A DNA stretch of 63,428 nucleotides, the filler included, from Octopus bimaculoides (lineage: Eukaryota), in the NCBI RefSeq assembly GCF_001194135.2. It is 6 parts of 6 records of this genome, joined end to end, with 100 filler letters (N's around TTAATTAATTAA, not from the genome) between each part and the next. Parts side by side here need not be neighbours in the genome. Positions count along the whole stretch, not along the records: positions 52,500 to 60,331 come from NC_068987.1; positions 60,432 to 63,428 come from NW_026418763.1; 4 more parts are not named here. One strand, 5' to 3'. Of this stretch, positions 52,820 to 63,428 are shown piece by piece. Position 1 is the stretch's first letter, and the number at the start of each line of letters is the position of its first letter. The translations under genes and the position numbers were made by a program. Below the pieces are notes generated by a model, which was given only the letters and a program-made list of their open reading frames with translations, was not told where the DNA came from and did not search any database.

Positions 52820-55019
52820 GGGGGCGAGAGAGAGACAGATAGACAGACAGACAGATAGAAACAGAAAAATATAAATATATGTCTATGTGTTTGGTAATGA
52901 AGTTAATTCATTGCAGATGTCCATTACCATATTAATTAAAATATACATATATTGTTTTTTTACAATTATTCATCCCAAAATCTCAGCCAAATCTAAGAGT
53001 CTTCACCCAATGCTTGCTCTAGAGGTTAATTAACAAAAATTATCAATAAAGAAAAGATGAATACATTGTAAAAAGCTAATAATTATACAATAAGATAAGT
53101 TACAAGAGTAAATAAACAGAAAAGAAAAATTAACAAAAGAATATATTACAAATCCTTGAAAAGATCTTTCTTCCTGATAATATAAGCCAATGATACAAGA
53201 GCTAACAGAATTATAAAGAAACATAAAAACAATTATTATCATATGGCGAATATCATTAATAACATGTAAAATGAACAAAAAAGTAATTAATTAAATTTTT
53301 AAAATTAATCATTTAATTAAACAAATGGTCAGCTTCAATCCTTGTGGTATATTGTTTTATTTGTTTTGGGTTTTGATATATAATATGTGTGTGTTTCTAC
53401 ACATATACATTGTCAGATTTGATCAATTTTAAAAGAAGTATACTAAATAGTTTTGAAGAAGGAAATATTTAAAATGAGGAATTTTTCATTTGAATTTGGC
53501 AGAGTTCAGTCAAAGAAATGGGCAGTAAGATGATGGAAAGGAAGAGAAGTTTTAAAAAGAACAAGAAAAGTTTAAGAAGTACCATTTTCTTCTGCAGCAG
53601 AATCATCTGGATTTTCTCTTCTTAAAGAAGAAGCAGCAGACATTGAAAATTTTGCATTATTTTCTTTTTAAATAAATTACATAGAGTGTTTTGTCATTGG
53701 CTATTTTTCTGGACAGTCTACAAGGGATGTGTTACTTCATTAGAAAATTAATTCACACCTCTCTTAACATTCTCTGATCTAGATTGAATCATTCTTCCAA
53801 TGTCTGTGAGCTCACGCCAGATATATTCTCTTGGTATATTCCCTTCTTCCTCAGCATTCAGTCATTGCAGCATCTTTCCAATAAAGTTCTTTCAGCTTCG
53901 CTGATGGACAGTTTCTCATATCCTTCTCAATCAAGTTATTTATATCCTCTTCAATTGCCTGAACAGAATTTCTTCAAATATAGGCTCTGCCTCAAGTATA
54001 ATATTTCAAAGACAATGCCATAGTGTTCATCAAGAAAAGTTCAATTAGAAAATCTCTTCTTGTCAAGTCATCAGAAGAAGTTACTTAAAGCTACTTAAGA
54101 ACAGGTTCAAGATGTTTTGTACACACTTTAAAAAAAAAATTGCTATTACTTGCTAATCTATGGGTTATAGCAGAAAAGTGGTATTAGGAGGCATGAAATG
54201 ATTTAATGAAATTATCTTCCCTTTAAAAGGAAATTAAATAATATTCTTGATATTAAAACACTGTAAACTTACATATTGTATTTCCCAAACCCTATACCTT
54301 GATTAACTAATCCTACCCAGAACTGCAATGCAACCCATTCTAATGTTTTAAAACCCTATAAATTATCACAATAACAAATTGTCAACTCTACTTTGACCCT
54401 GCAAAGTAAATGGTAGGTGAGGTGCCTCCTGGGATAGTGTGCAAGTCTATCACAGAGACTCTTTCATAGAGATTTTAGTAAACTTAACCATGTAGAATTG
54501 CCTTATAAATTTGTCCAATAACATTGTCATATAGAATTGTCTTATAGTATTGGCCATATGAAATCACTCAATAGAATTTTCCAATAAATTTGTCCTACAA
54601 AGCTGCAGTTAAAATTAATCTTTTGGCTCATCCCTATAGAATTGTCCTCCAAAAATGCCCTGTAGAATGCTTTATAATATTGCCCCAAAATATTATCCAT
54701 ACAGAATTACCCTATAGAATTTCTCCATAAGAGAACAACAATATATATTCGAATTTGAGCTGAACTCATTTCCAGTGATTTGGGAGTCAAACATCACAAC
54801 TATTAAACGCACTACCACTGTATATCACAGATGCACCAAATTTTAAATGTGTATACATTCAACAAACACATGAGCATACATTCAATATGTACTACATAAA
54901 GATCATTCAATATATATTACAAATGCATACCTTTAACATTTACTACATGAGCATACATTCAACATATACTTCATGGGAATTATTCAACACGTACTTAATG
55001 TTCATACATTCAACAAATA

Positions 55020-55247
55020 CTATTCTTTTACTTGTTTCAGTCATTTGACTGCAGCCACGCTGAAGCACTGCCTTGAAGGAGTTTAGTCAAAGAAATCAAT
55101 CCCAGGTCTTATTCTTTATAAGCCTAGTACTTATTCTATCAGTCTCTTTTGCCAAAGTGCTAAGTTACATGGACATAAACTCACCCGCATCGTTTGTCAA
55201 ATGATGGCAGGGGGACAAACACAGATACACACACATACACATATACA

Positions 55248-55344
<97 letters not shown>

Positions 55345-55629
55345 AAGAAAAGAAATGGAGCTAGAATTAACAATTAGAAGTTGATCATTGGTATTAAAAG
55401 GTCACAGTTTAATTAAACTATGACCTTTTAATACCAATGATCAACTTCCAATTGTTAATTGTTGCTCGATTTTTTTACTGATCTGAATATATTAAACCAC
55501 GGTTTACCATTATTTAAATTACCAACTACTGTTAACCTTATAGCAAGGCCTATACATAGTGAGGTAATACATCAGTAGTGCCTATGGATACATTTATCCC
55601 TTAGATGGTTGCATAACCTCTAACTCATA

Positions 55630-55665
<36 letters not shown>

Positions 55666-55990
55666 TCTTCTAGTCAGGTGTCGCACTTTGCAATGCTGTG
55701 GTCATCACGATGTCTTGCCATCTTCTCCTATCCTCTACCCCATGGACAGCTGAGAATAAAGACAATCCTGTGGCTGCAATGTCTTTCAGACAAGAAGTGG
55801 GTGGTCTACTGCATATATATATATATATATTACAGGTTTCTTTCACTTTCCATCAACCAAATCCACTCACAAAACTTTGGTCAGCCTGAGGCTATAATAG
55901 AAGACACTTGCCCAAGGTTCCGCACAGTGAGACTGAACCAGGAACCATATGGCTGGGAAGCAAGCTTCTTACCATGCAACCACACCTTCA
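55020..55990 (-). mobile_element. SINE family A split by an insertion of about 470 bp in its internal microsatellite
   Basis: Tail half at 55020-55230, head half at 55830-55990, same orientation, with (ATCT)n/(AT)n on both sides of the insert. Confidence 0.65.
55365..55460. repeat. Spacerless 96-bp palindrome (2 mismatched pairs), degenerate extension to about 55340-55485; probable MITE
   Basis: AATTAACAATTAGAAGTTGATCATTGGTATTAAAAGGTCACAGTTTAA is followed immediately by its near reverse complement. Confidence 0.9.
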
Positions 55991-56629
55991 CCTATATTTA
56001 CATACATTTAACATATACTACATGACCGTCCATAAATGCAATATAAATATCATTTGTACATATTCACAAACCCTTGTTGCATGAATATATGAACCAAACA
56101 TTGACATGAAGTTCTATGCACCAAATAATGCAGCTGTGCATATGCACCAGTCCTTAACATACATGCTTTACCCAATTATTAGAGCATGCAAATATGGTTT
56201 AAACATTGTATTTACTTGCATGGATGAACCAAACATGACATGCTCATGCATAGATTAATTTTTGCATGTGCACATATACTCCAAAGACTATGTGTGCATG
56301 CATGTATCAATGAACCTTGGTATATGTCTACATGTAGGAAACAGTAACACTGGTTCATATGCCTCAAACATTGACATGGATACATCTACACTGATCATTG
56401 CTACACAATTTGTCCTTTTTGAACTTCTTCACCATAATATAGCCCTCTAAACCCCTCCCTCCTATTTGTGTTCACTCACTACCTTCCTTCCCTCTAGCTC
56501 CCCTCCCCCTCCCCTTTCACCATCTTAAGAACTTTCTCATCCACTCACACTATACAATCCTTGCTTCCACTTCAATTTTATATACTTCCCTGTAACTTGA
56601 GCTTAACTCACACCCCAGCCCACTAACCA

Positions 56630-56955
56630 CTGGTCACATCTTCTGTCTTCTCTTTCCTCATCTCTCTTTCCTCTCTCTCTTCTCTCTGTCTCCTCTCTCT
56701 CTTCTCTCTGTCTCCTCTCTCTCTTCTCTCTGTCTCCTCTCTCTCTCTTCTCCCCTTCTCTCTCTCTCTTCTCCCCTTCTCTCTCTCTCTCTCTTCTCCC
56801 ATTTTTCTCTCTCTCTTCTCCCCTTCTATCTCTCTCTTCTCCCCTTCTCTCTCTCTCTTCTCCCCTTCTCTCTCACTCTCTCCTTTCTCTCTCTCTCTCT
56901 CTCCCCTTTCTTCTCTCTCACTCTCTCTCTCATTTCTCTTCTCTGTCTCTCTCTC
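56630..56955. repeat. Polypyrimidine (CT-rich) tract with TCTCTTCTCCCC-type subunits
   Basis: Seen directly; explains the RE-rich ORF at 56623-56997. Confidence 0.9.
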
Positions 56956-57131
56956 TGAAATATTGACTACATTATGTATTAATATAAAAATATGCATACA
57001 TAATTATGCACACACAGACACATATGCATTGAAATTGATGCACATAGACAGATGTGTAGGAAATGTCAGAGCAGATGTAAATACATATTGACATGCACAC
57101 ACACACACATGGTATTTTTGTATAAGCTTAA

Positions 57132-57467
57132 AGCTTATGGCGATCACTGCAATGACTAAGGAAAATAGTCTAATAAAGGGGCATATAAGCCCCCAAGCTT
57201 GAACATGGCATTATATAAAAAAAACCATTTGCACTGAAAGCATATAAAAAGTTTGTTTATTTAAAAGCAAATACGAACTAATATAGTTCTTAAATTTGAC
57301 AGAAAGAGGGAGGCTAATTCGCTGGTGTAAAGGTAACACACTTAGTTGCATTAACAAAGAGATGTGGATTCGTGTCCCACGCGAATAGGAAAGCCTTCTT
57401 TTCTCTGTTGAGGGTTTATATGCCCCTAAATTAGACTATTTTCCTTAGTCATTGCACAGTGATCGCT
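57132..57467. mobile_element. Foldback element 2: TTAA-flanked, AG...CT termini, tRNA-like apex, about 103-bp insertion in the left arm
   Basis: TTAA at 57128-57131 and 57468-57471; 26-bp perfect arm core GCAATGACTAAGGAAAATAGTCTAAT; inner arms 57300-57315 / 57392-57407 (12/16). Confidence 0.8.
57316..57388 (+). pseudogene. Degenerate tRNA-like cloverleaf (anticodon ambiguous, possibly GCA)
   Basis: Acceptor ATTCGC/GCGAAT, box A TGGTGTAAAGG, D stem GTGT/ACAC, anticodon stem CTTAG/CAAAG, T arm GTGGA-TTCGTGT-CCCAC, TTTT at 57399. Confidence 0.65.
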
Positions 57468-57552
57468 TTAAGCATATATAAAAATACCATTATTATTATT
57501 TACAGGATTGTAAAACACAGCACCGTATAAAAAAACCCCATTCAAACCGAAA

Positions 57553-57599
<47 letters not shown>

Positions 57600-58039
57600 T
57601 ATGCAATTCCAGCATAGAAGGTGTTTATCAGCCATTTCAAAATATACTAAAACCGTTAGATTCACTTCAACATTTAATTTGTCAAAATATTTTCGTCGCT
57701 TTGAAGCCGCGACCTGTTCACTGACAAAATTCTGTGCTGCATCTGAGAAAGTAACGGTTAGTTCACGATGTGTGTGTGTATGCACGTATGCATATGTGTA
57801 CATGTGTATGCATGCGTGCATGCTTATACAAATAATGTGCATATGCATGTTTATGAGTTTTTAGTTATGTAAGCTTGTTGACGTGTGTGTGTGTGTGGGT
57901 AGGTGGGTGGGTGTGTGTATGTACATGTGAGCATATGTTTATCTACTGATATGTTTGTCTGTTCAAGTTGTAAATATGACTGTTACTCTGTCGAAGGTTG
58001 TATATATATATATATAGAGAGAGAGAATGGGGGGGGGGA

Positions 58040-58200
58040 GAATTCACGGAAAAACAAAAGACGAAGACATGTAGTATAGACAACAAACAGATGTATTAGT
58101 TTAACGCTCAGGAAGTGAAAAAAGTCGTTAATGTTTCGAGCCTATGCTCTTCCACAGAAAGAAAAACAGAAAGAAACAAGGAGAGAAAATAAAGATATGT
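58040..58200 (-). mobile_element. Probable PLE terminal-repeat fragment with a variant hammerhead-like motif at 58125-58162
   Basis: Minus strand TCTTT-CTGTGGA-A-GAGC(atag)GCTC-GAAA-CAT-T-AACGA. Confidence 0.45.
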
Positions 58201-58204
58201 ATAT

Positions 58205-60331
58205 ATATATATGACGAAATAGAAGGAGATGTAGCTTCACACGATGTAGAAGACAACTGGAAATTTCTACGGGACAACCTGCTGAGGGCCACTGAGCAGA
58301 TCTGTGGATGGTGCAAAGTCCCCTCTCGACCCAAAATAACGTCGTGGTGGAACAATGTTGTTGATAGGGCTATTAGACAAAAAAAAAAAAAAAAGAAACA
58401 GGCTTGGAAGGACTGGAAGAACGGTGGTAGCAGGGAATTGTATCAGACTGCCAGAAGGGAAGCTAGGCGACAGGTTTACTTAGCCAGAGGGGAACCAGAT
58501 AAGAAAAAAATTGCCAAAATTCTACGCCATGAGGGCCAAAGATTTGAGGTATTTTGTGTTGCAAGACAGTGTATGAGACAGAATCGTGATGTCGTGGGAG
58601 AGAAATGTGTTCGCATGGATGATAGTACACTTGCACTAAACNNNNNNNNNNNNNNNNNNNNNNNNNNNNNNNNNNNNNNNNNNNNNNNNNNNNNNNNNNN
58701 NNNNNNNNNNNNNNNNNNNNNNNNNNNNNNNNNNNNNNNNNNNNNNNNNNNNNNNNNNNNNNNNNNNNNNNNNNNNNNNNNNNNNNNNNNNNNNNNNNNN
58801 NNNNNNNNNNNNNNNNNNNNNNNNNNNNNNNNNNNNNNNNNNNNNNNNNNNNNNNNNNNNNNNNNNNNNNNNNNNNNNNNNNNNNNNNNNNNNNNNNNNN
58901 NNNNNNNNNNNNNNNNNNNNNNNNNNNNNNNNNNNNNNNNNNNNNNNNNNNNNNNNNNNNNNNNNNNNNNNNNNNNNNNNNNNNNNNNNNNNNNNNNNNN
59001 NNNNNNNNNNNNNNNNNNNNNNNNNNNNNNNNNNNNNNNNNNNNNNNNNNNNNNNNNNNNNNNNNNNNNNNNNNNNNNNNNNNNNNNNNNNNNNNNNNNN
59101 NNNNNNNNNNNNNNNNNNNNNNNNNNNNNNNNNNNNNNNNNNNNNNNNNNNNNNNNNNNNNNNNNNNNNNNNNNNNNNNNNNNNNNNNNNNNNNNNNNNN
59201 NNNNNNNNNNNNNNNNNNNNNNNNNNNNNNNNNNNNNNNNNNNNNNNNNNNNNNNNNNNNNNNNNNNNNNNNNNNNNNNNNNNNNNNNNNNNNNNNNNNN
59301 NNNNNNNNNNNNNNNNNNNNNNNNNNNNNNNNNNNNNNNNNNNNNNNNNNNNNNNNNNNNNNNNNNNNNNNNNNNNNNNNNNNNNNNNNNNNNNNNNNNN
59401 NNNNNNNNNNNNNNNNNNNNNNNNNNNNNNNNNNNNNNNNNNNNNNNNNNNNNNNNNNNNNNNNNNNNNNNNNNNNNNNNNNNNNNNNNNNNNNNNNNNN
59501 NNNNNNNNNNNNNNNNNNNNNNNNNNNNNNNNNNNNNNNNNNNNNNNNNNNNNNNNNNNNNNNNNNNNGAACTAGAGGAGAAGTTTCAGGTGTGGAAGCA
59601 GAGACTAGAATCGAAGGGCCTTAGAGTCAACCTAGCTAAAACCAAAGTCCTAATAAGTAGGAAGGTAGACAAAACACAAACCCCTTCAGGTAGATGGCCC
59701 TGCTCGATCTGTAGAAAAGGCGTAGGTAGAAACTCTATAAGATGTACCCAGTGAAAGCTATGGATACATAAGAGGTGCAGCAATATCAAAGGAAGGTTAA
59801 CTAAGAAGTTAGTTTTTGTATGTGGCAGATGTTCAGGAGCAATAAACACTGAAAATGTGCAGAAAACAACTTTGGCCACATTCTAGGGAAAAAAACTAAA
59901 CTTAGTTGATAGCTTCCACTATCTAGGTGACCAAGTTAGTAGTGGGGGAGGGTGCGCTGAAAGTGTAGCTGCTAGAATATGAATAGCCTGGACACAGTTC
60001 AGAGAGCTCTTATCTCTGCTGGTGACAAGGGGCCTCTCACTCAGAGTAAAAGGCAGACTGTACGACGCATGTGTACGAACAGCCATGCTACATGGCAGTG
60101 AAACACGGGCCGTGACTGCTGAGGACATGCGTAGGCCCGCAAGGAATGAAGCCAGTATACTTCGATGGATGTGTAATGTCAGTGTGCATACTAGACAGAG
60201 TGTAAGTACCTTGAGAGAAAAGTTGAACCTAAGATGCATCAGTTGTGGTGTGCAAGAGAGACAATTGCGCTGGTATGGTCATGTGGCGAGAATGGATGAG
60301 GATAGCTGTGTGAAAAAGTGTCACACCCTAG
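58205..60331 (+). mobile_element. RTE-clade LINE, relatively young, with a PHD-like finger after the RT core; central RT lost in a gap; in-frame stops
   Basis: VEDNWKFLRDNLLRATEQICGW..WWNNVVDRAI..; LESKGLRVNLAKTKVL; CSICRKGVGRNSIRCTQ*KLWIHKRC..CGRC; FHYLGDQV; KGRLYDACVRTAMLHGSET; RQLRWYGHVARM. Confidence 0.92.
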
Positions 60332-60431
60332 NNNNNNNNNNNNNNNNNNNNNNNNNNNNNNNNNNNNNNNNNNNNTTAATTAATTAANNNNNNNNNNNNN
60401 NNNNNNNNNNNNNNNNNNNNNNNNNNNNNNN

Positions 60432-63428
60432 CGTACGTACGTTCGTTTGTTCGTTCGTTCGTTCTTTCGTTCGTACCTACGTACATACTTACATTCTTTC
60501 GTTCCTTCAATCGTTCTTTCTTTTGTTTGTTCGATCGTTCGTTCTTACGTACGTTCGTTCGTTCGTTGGATCTTTCGTTCATTCGTACGTACGTAGGTAC
60601 GTTCGTTCTTTCGTTCGTACGAAAGTACGTTCGTTCGTTCGTACTTACGTATGTTCATTCGTACGTACATACGTACGTATATACGTTGGTCCGTTTGAAC
60701 GTACGTTCGTTTGTTGGATCGTTCGTTTGTTCTGTTGTGCATTCGTACGTACGTTCCTACGTTCGTTCGATCGTTACATACGTAATTTCATTCATTAGTT
60801 CGTTCGCACGTACGTTCGTTTGCTTGCTCCTTCATTTCGTTTTTCATTCGAACGTACGTACTATCGTTCGTTTGTACATACGTTCATTCGCTCGTTCGTT
60901 CGTTCGTAGATGCTTTCGTTCGTTTATTCTTTCGTCCGTCCGTACGTACGTACTTTCGTTCGTTCTTTCGTTGGATCGTTCGTTCATTCGTACATACGTA
61001 CGTATATACGTTGGTTCGTTTGTACGTACGTAAGTTCATTCGTTAGTTCGGTCGTACGTTCGTTCGTACGGTCGCTTGCTGCTTCATTTCGTTCGTTCGT
61101 TCGAGGAAACGTACGTACGAAAGAACGAACGATCGTACGGACGGACGCCAGAATAAACGAACGAAAGCATCTACGTACCTCCGTACGTACGAACGAGAGA
61201 ATGAACGTATGTACGAACGAACGATAGTACGTACCAACGAAATGAAGGAGCAAGCGAACGTAAGAACGAACGTACGAACGAACTAAAGAATGAACTTACG
61301 TATGTACGTCCGAACGAACAAAATATCGTACGTACGTAATTACGTATTTACGAGCGAACGAACGAACGCAAGAGCGACTGTAGGATCGTACGTTCGTACG
61401 AATGAAATAACGAACGAACGTACGTACGTGCGGACGGACGAACGAACGTACGTGCGTAAGAACGAACGAACGATCGAAACAAACGAACGTAGGAACGTAC
61501 GTACCTACGAACGTACGAACTAATAAAGGAACGTACGTACGTACGAATGCGGAAAAGAACAAACGAACGATCTAACGAACGAACGTACGCACGTATGTAA
61601 TTACGTAAGTACAATCGAACCAACGCATATACGTACGTACGTACGTCTGTTCGAACGAACGTACTTTCGTACGAACGAAAGAACGAACGTACGTACATAC
61701 GTACGAATGAACGTACGATCCAACGAACGAACGTACGTACGAACGGACCAATGAACGATCGATCGAACAAACAAAGGAAAGGACGATTGAAGGAACGAAC
61801 GAATGTAAGTATATACGTAGGTACGAACGAAAGAACGAACGTACGTACGAAAGAACGAACGAACGTACGTACGAACGAACGTACGTACGAACGACCGAAC
61901 GAAAGGACGGACGTACGAACAAAAGAACGAACGTACGTACGTAAGCACGAACGAACGAACGTACGTACCTACGGATGCACAAAAGAACAAAAGACCGATC
62001 CAACGAACGAACGTACGTACGTAAGCACGTACGTAAGTGCGTACGTACAAACGAACCAACGTATATACGTACGCATGTAGATACCAATGAACGAGTGATC
62101 CAACGAACGAACGTACGTACGTACGTACGAACGGTCCAATGAATGAATAATCGTACAAACAAAAGAAAGAACGATTGAAGGAACGAACGAATGTATGTAC
62201 CTAGGTACGAACGAACAAACGAGAAATGAACGTACGTAAGTACATACGTACGAAAGAACGAACGATCGCACAAATGAACGAACGTGCGTACGAACGTACG
62301 TACGAACGAACGAAGTAAAGAACGAAGGAAATGAAGGAGCAAGCGAACGTACGAACGAACGAACTAACAAATGAAATTACGTATGTACGTACGAACGAAC
62401 GAAATATCGTAGTACGTAACTAGGTATTTACGATCGAACGAACGAACGATAGTACGTAGGAACGAACAAACGAGCGATCGAACGAACGAACGCAAGAGCG
62501 ACCGTAGGAACGTACGTTCGTACGAATGAAATAACGAACGAACGACCGAACGGACGGACGAACGAACGAAAGAACGAATGAACGATGGAACGAACGAACG
62601 TAGGAACGTACGTACTACCATTAAACGTACGAACGAACTAACGAACGAATGTACGTACGCACGAATTCACAAAAAAACAAACGAACGTAAGTACGAACAA
62701 ACGAAGTAACGAAAGAACGAGATGAAGGATCAAGCGAACGTACGAACGAACTAACGAATGAACTTATATACGTACGAACGAACGAAATATCGTACGTACG
62801 TAATTACGTATTTACGATCGAACGAAAGAGCGACCGTAGGAACGTACGTTCGTACGAATGAAATAACGCACGAACGTACGTACATACGTACGAAAGACCG
62901 AACGGACGGACGAACGAACGTACGTACGAAAGAATGAACGTACGTACGCAAGCACGAACGAAAGCATCTACGTACGAGCAAATGAACGTATGTACGAACG
63001 AACGAACAAACGAAATGAAGGAGCAAGCAAACGAACGTACGTACGAACGATCGTACGTACGTAATTAAGTATTTACGATCGAACGAACGAACGCAAGAGC
63101 GACCGTAGGAACGTACGAATGAAATAACGAACGAACGTACGAACGAACGAACGAAAGAACGAACGTACGTACGTAAGCACGCACGAACGAACGAACGTAG
63201 GAACGTACGTACGTACTTAAGATCGTACGAACGAACGATTCAATGAACGCATGTACGTACGAGCGCATGAACAAACGAACGTACATACGTACATACGAAA
63301 GAACGTACGTACTTAGGCACGAAAGAACGAGCTAACATACGAACGTACGTATATACGTTGAGAAGGACGTACGTAAGAAAGAGCGAACGAACTTACGTAA
63401 TAACGAATAAACAAACGTGTATATATAA
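60432..63428. repeat. CpG-rich degenerate tetranucleotide satellite (TACG/AACG/TTCG) with higher-order landmarks and a strand inversion near 61105
   Basis: Dominant tetramer switches from TTCG to AACG at about 61103-61108; landmark GAAATGAAGGAGCAAGC recurs on both strands. Confidence 0.92.

Noticed and set aside
48779-57388. Calling the two cloverleafs functional tRNA genes
   Set aside because: Both lack A58 and have T-stem or anticodon-loop defects; reported as tRNA-derived instead.

Overview
AT-rich, gap-ridden eukaryotic genomic DNA made almost entirely of decayed transposons, tRNA-derived SINEs and compound microsatellites. The repeat landscape resembles a coleoid cephalopod, most likely Octopus (inference from recalled repeat families, no search run). 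No intact host protein-coding gene can be supported; all long ORFs in the track are N-gap or microsatellite artefacts or transposon remnants. Recognisable remnants: RTE-type LINEs (one with a PHD-like finger), three R4/Dong-like RLE LINEs, three Penelope-like (GIY-YIG) elements, a Ty3/Gypsy gag-pol, a mariner, a probable hAT, and a TIR element with an 8-bp TSD. The main observation is two related foldback elements (48697-48932 and 57132-57467). Each has long inverted arms with a degenerate tRNA cloverleaf at the apex; they share a non-canonical T-loop (TTCGTGT), a TTTTCTCTG terminator-like motif and arm motifs, but differ in the anticodon arm. Also present: four minimal hammerhead-ribozyme-like motifs (one at the apex of a third foldback), a short interstitial (TTAGGG)5, a pre-miRNA-sized hairpin and a 3-kb CpG-rich satellite with an internal inversion and higher-order structure. 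All alignments and folds were done by eye.
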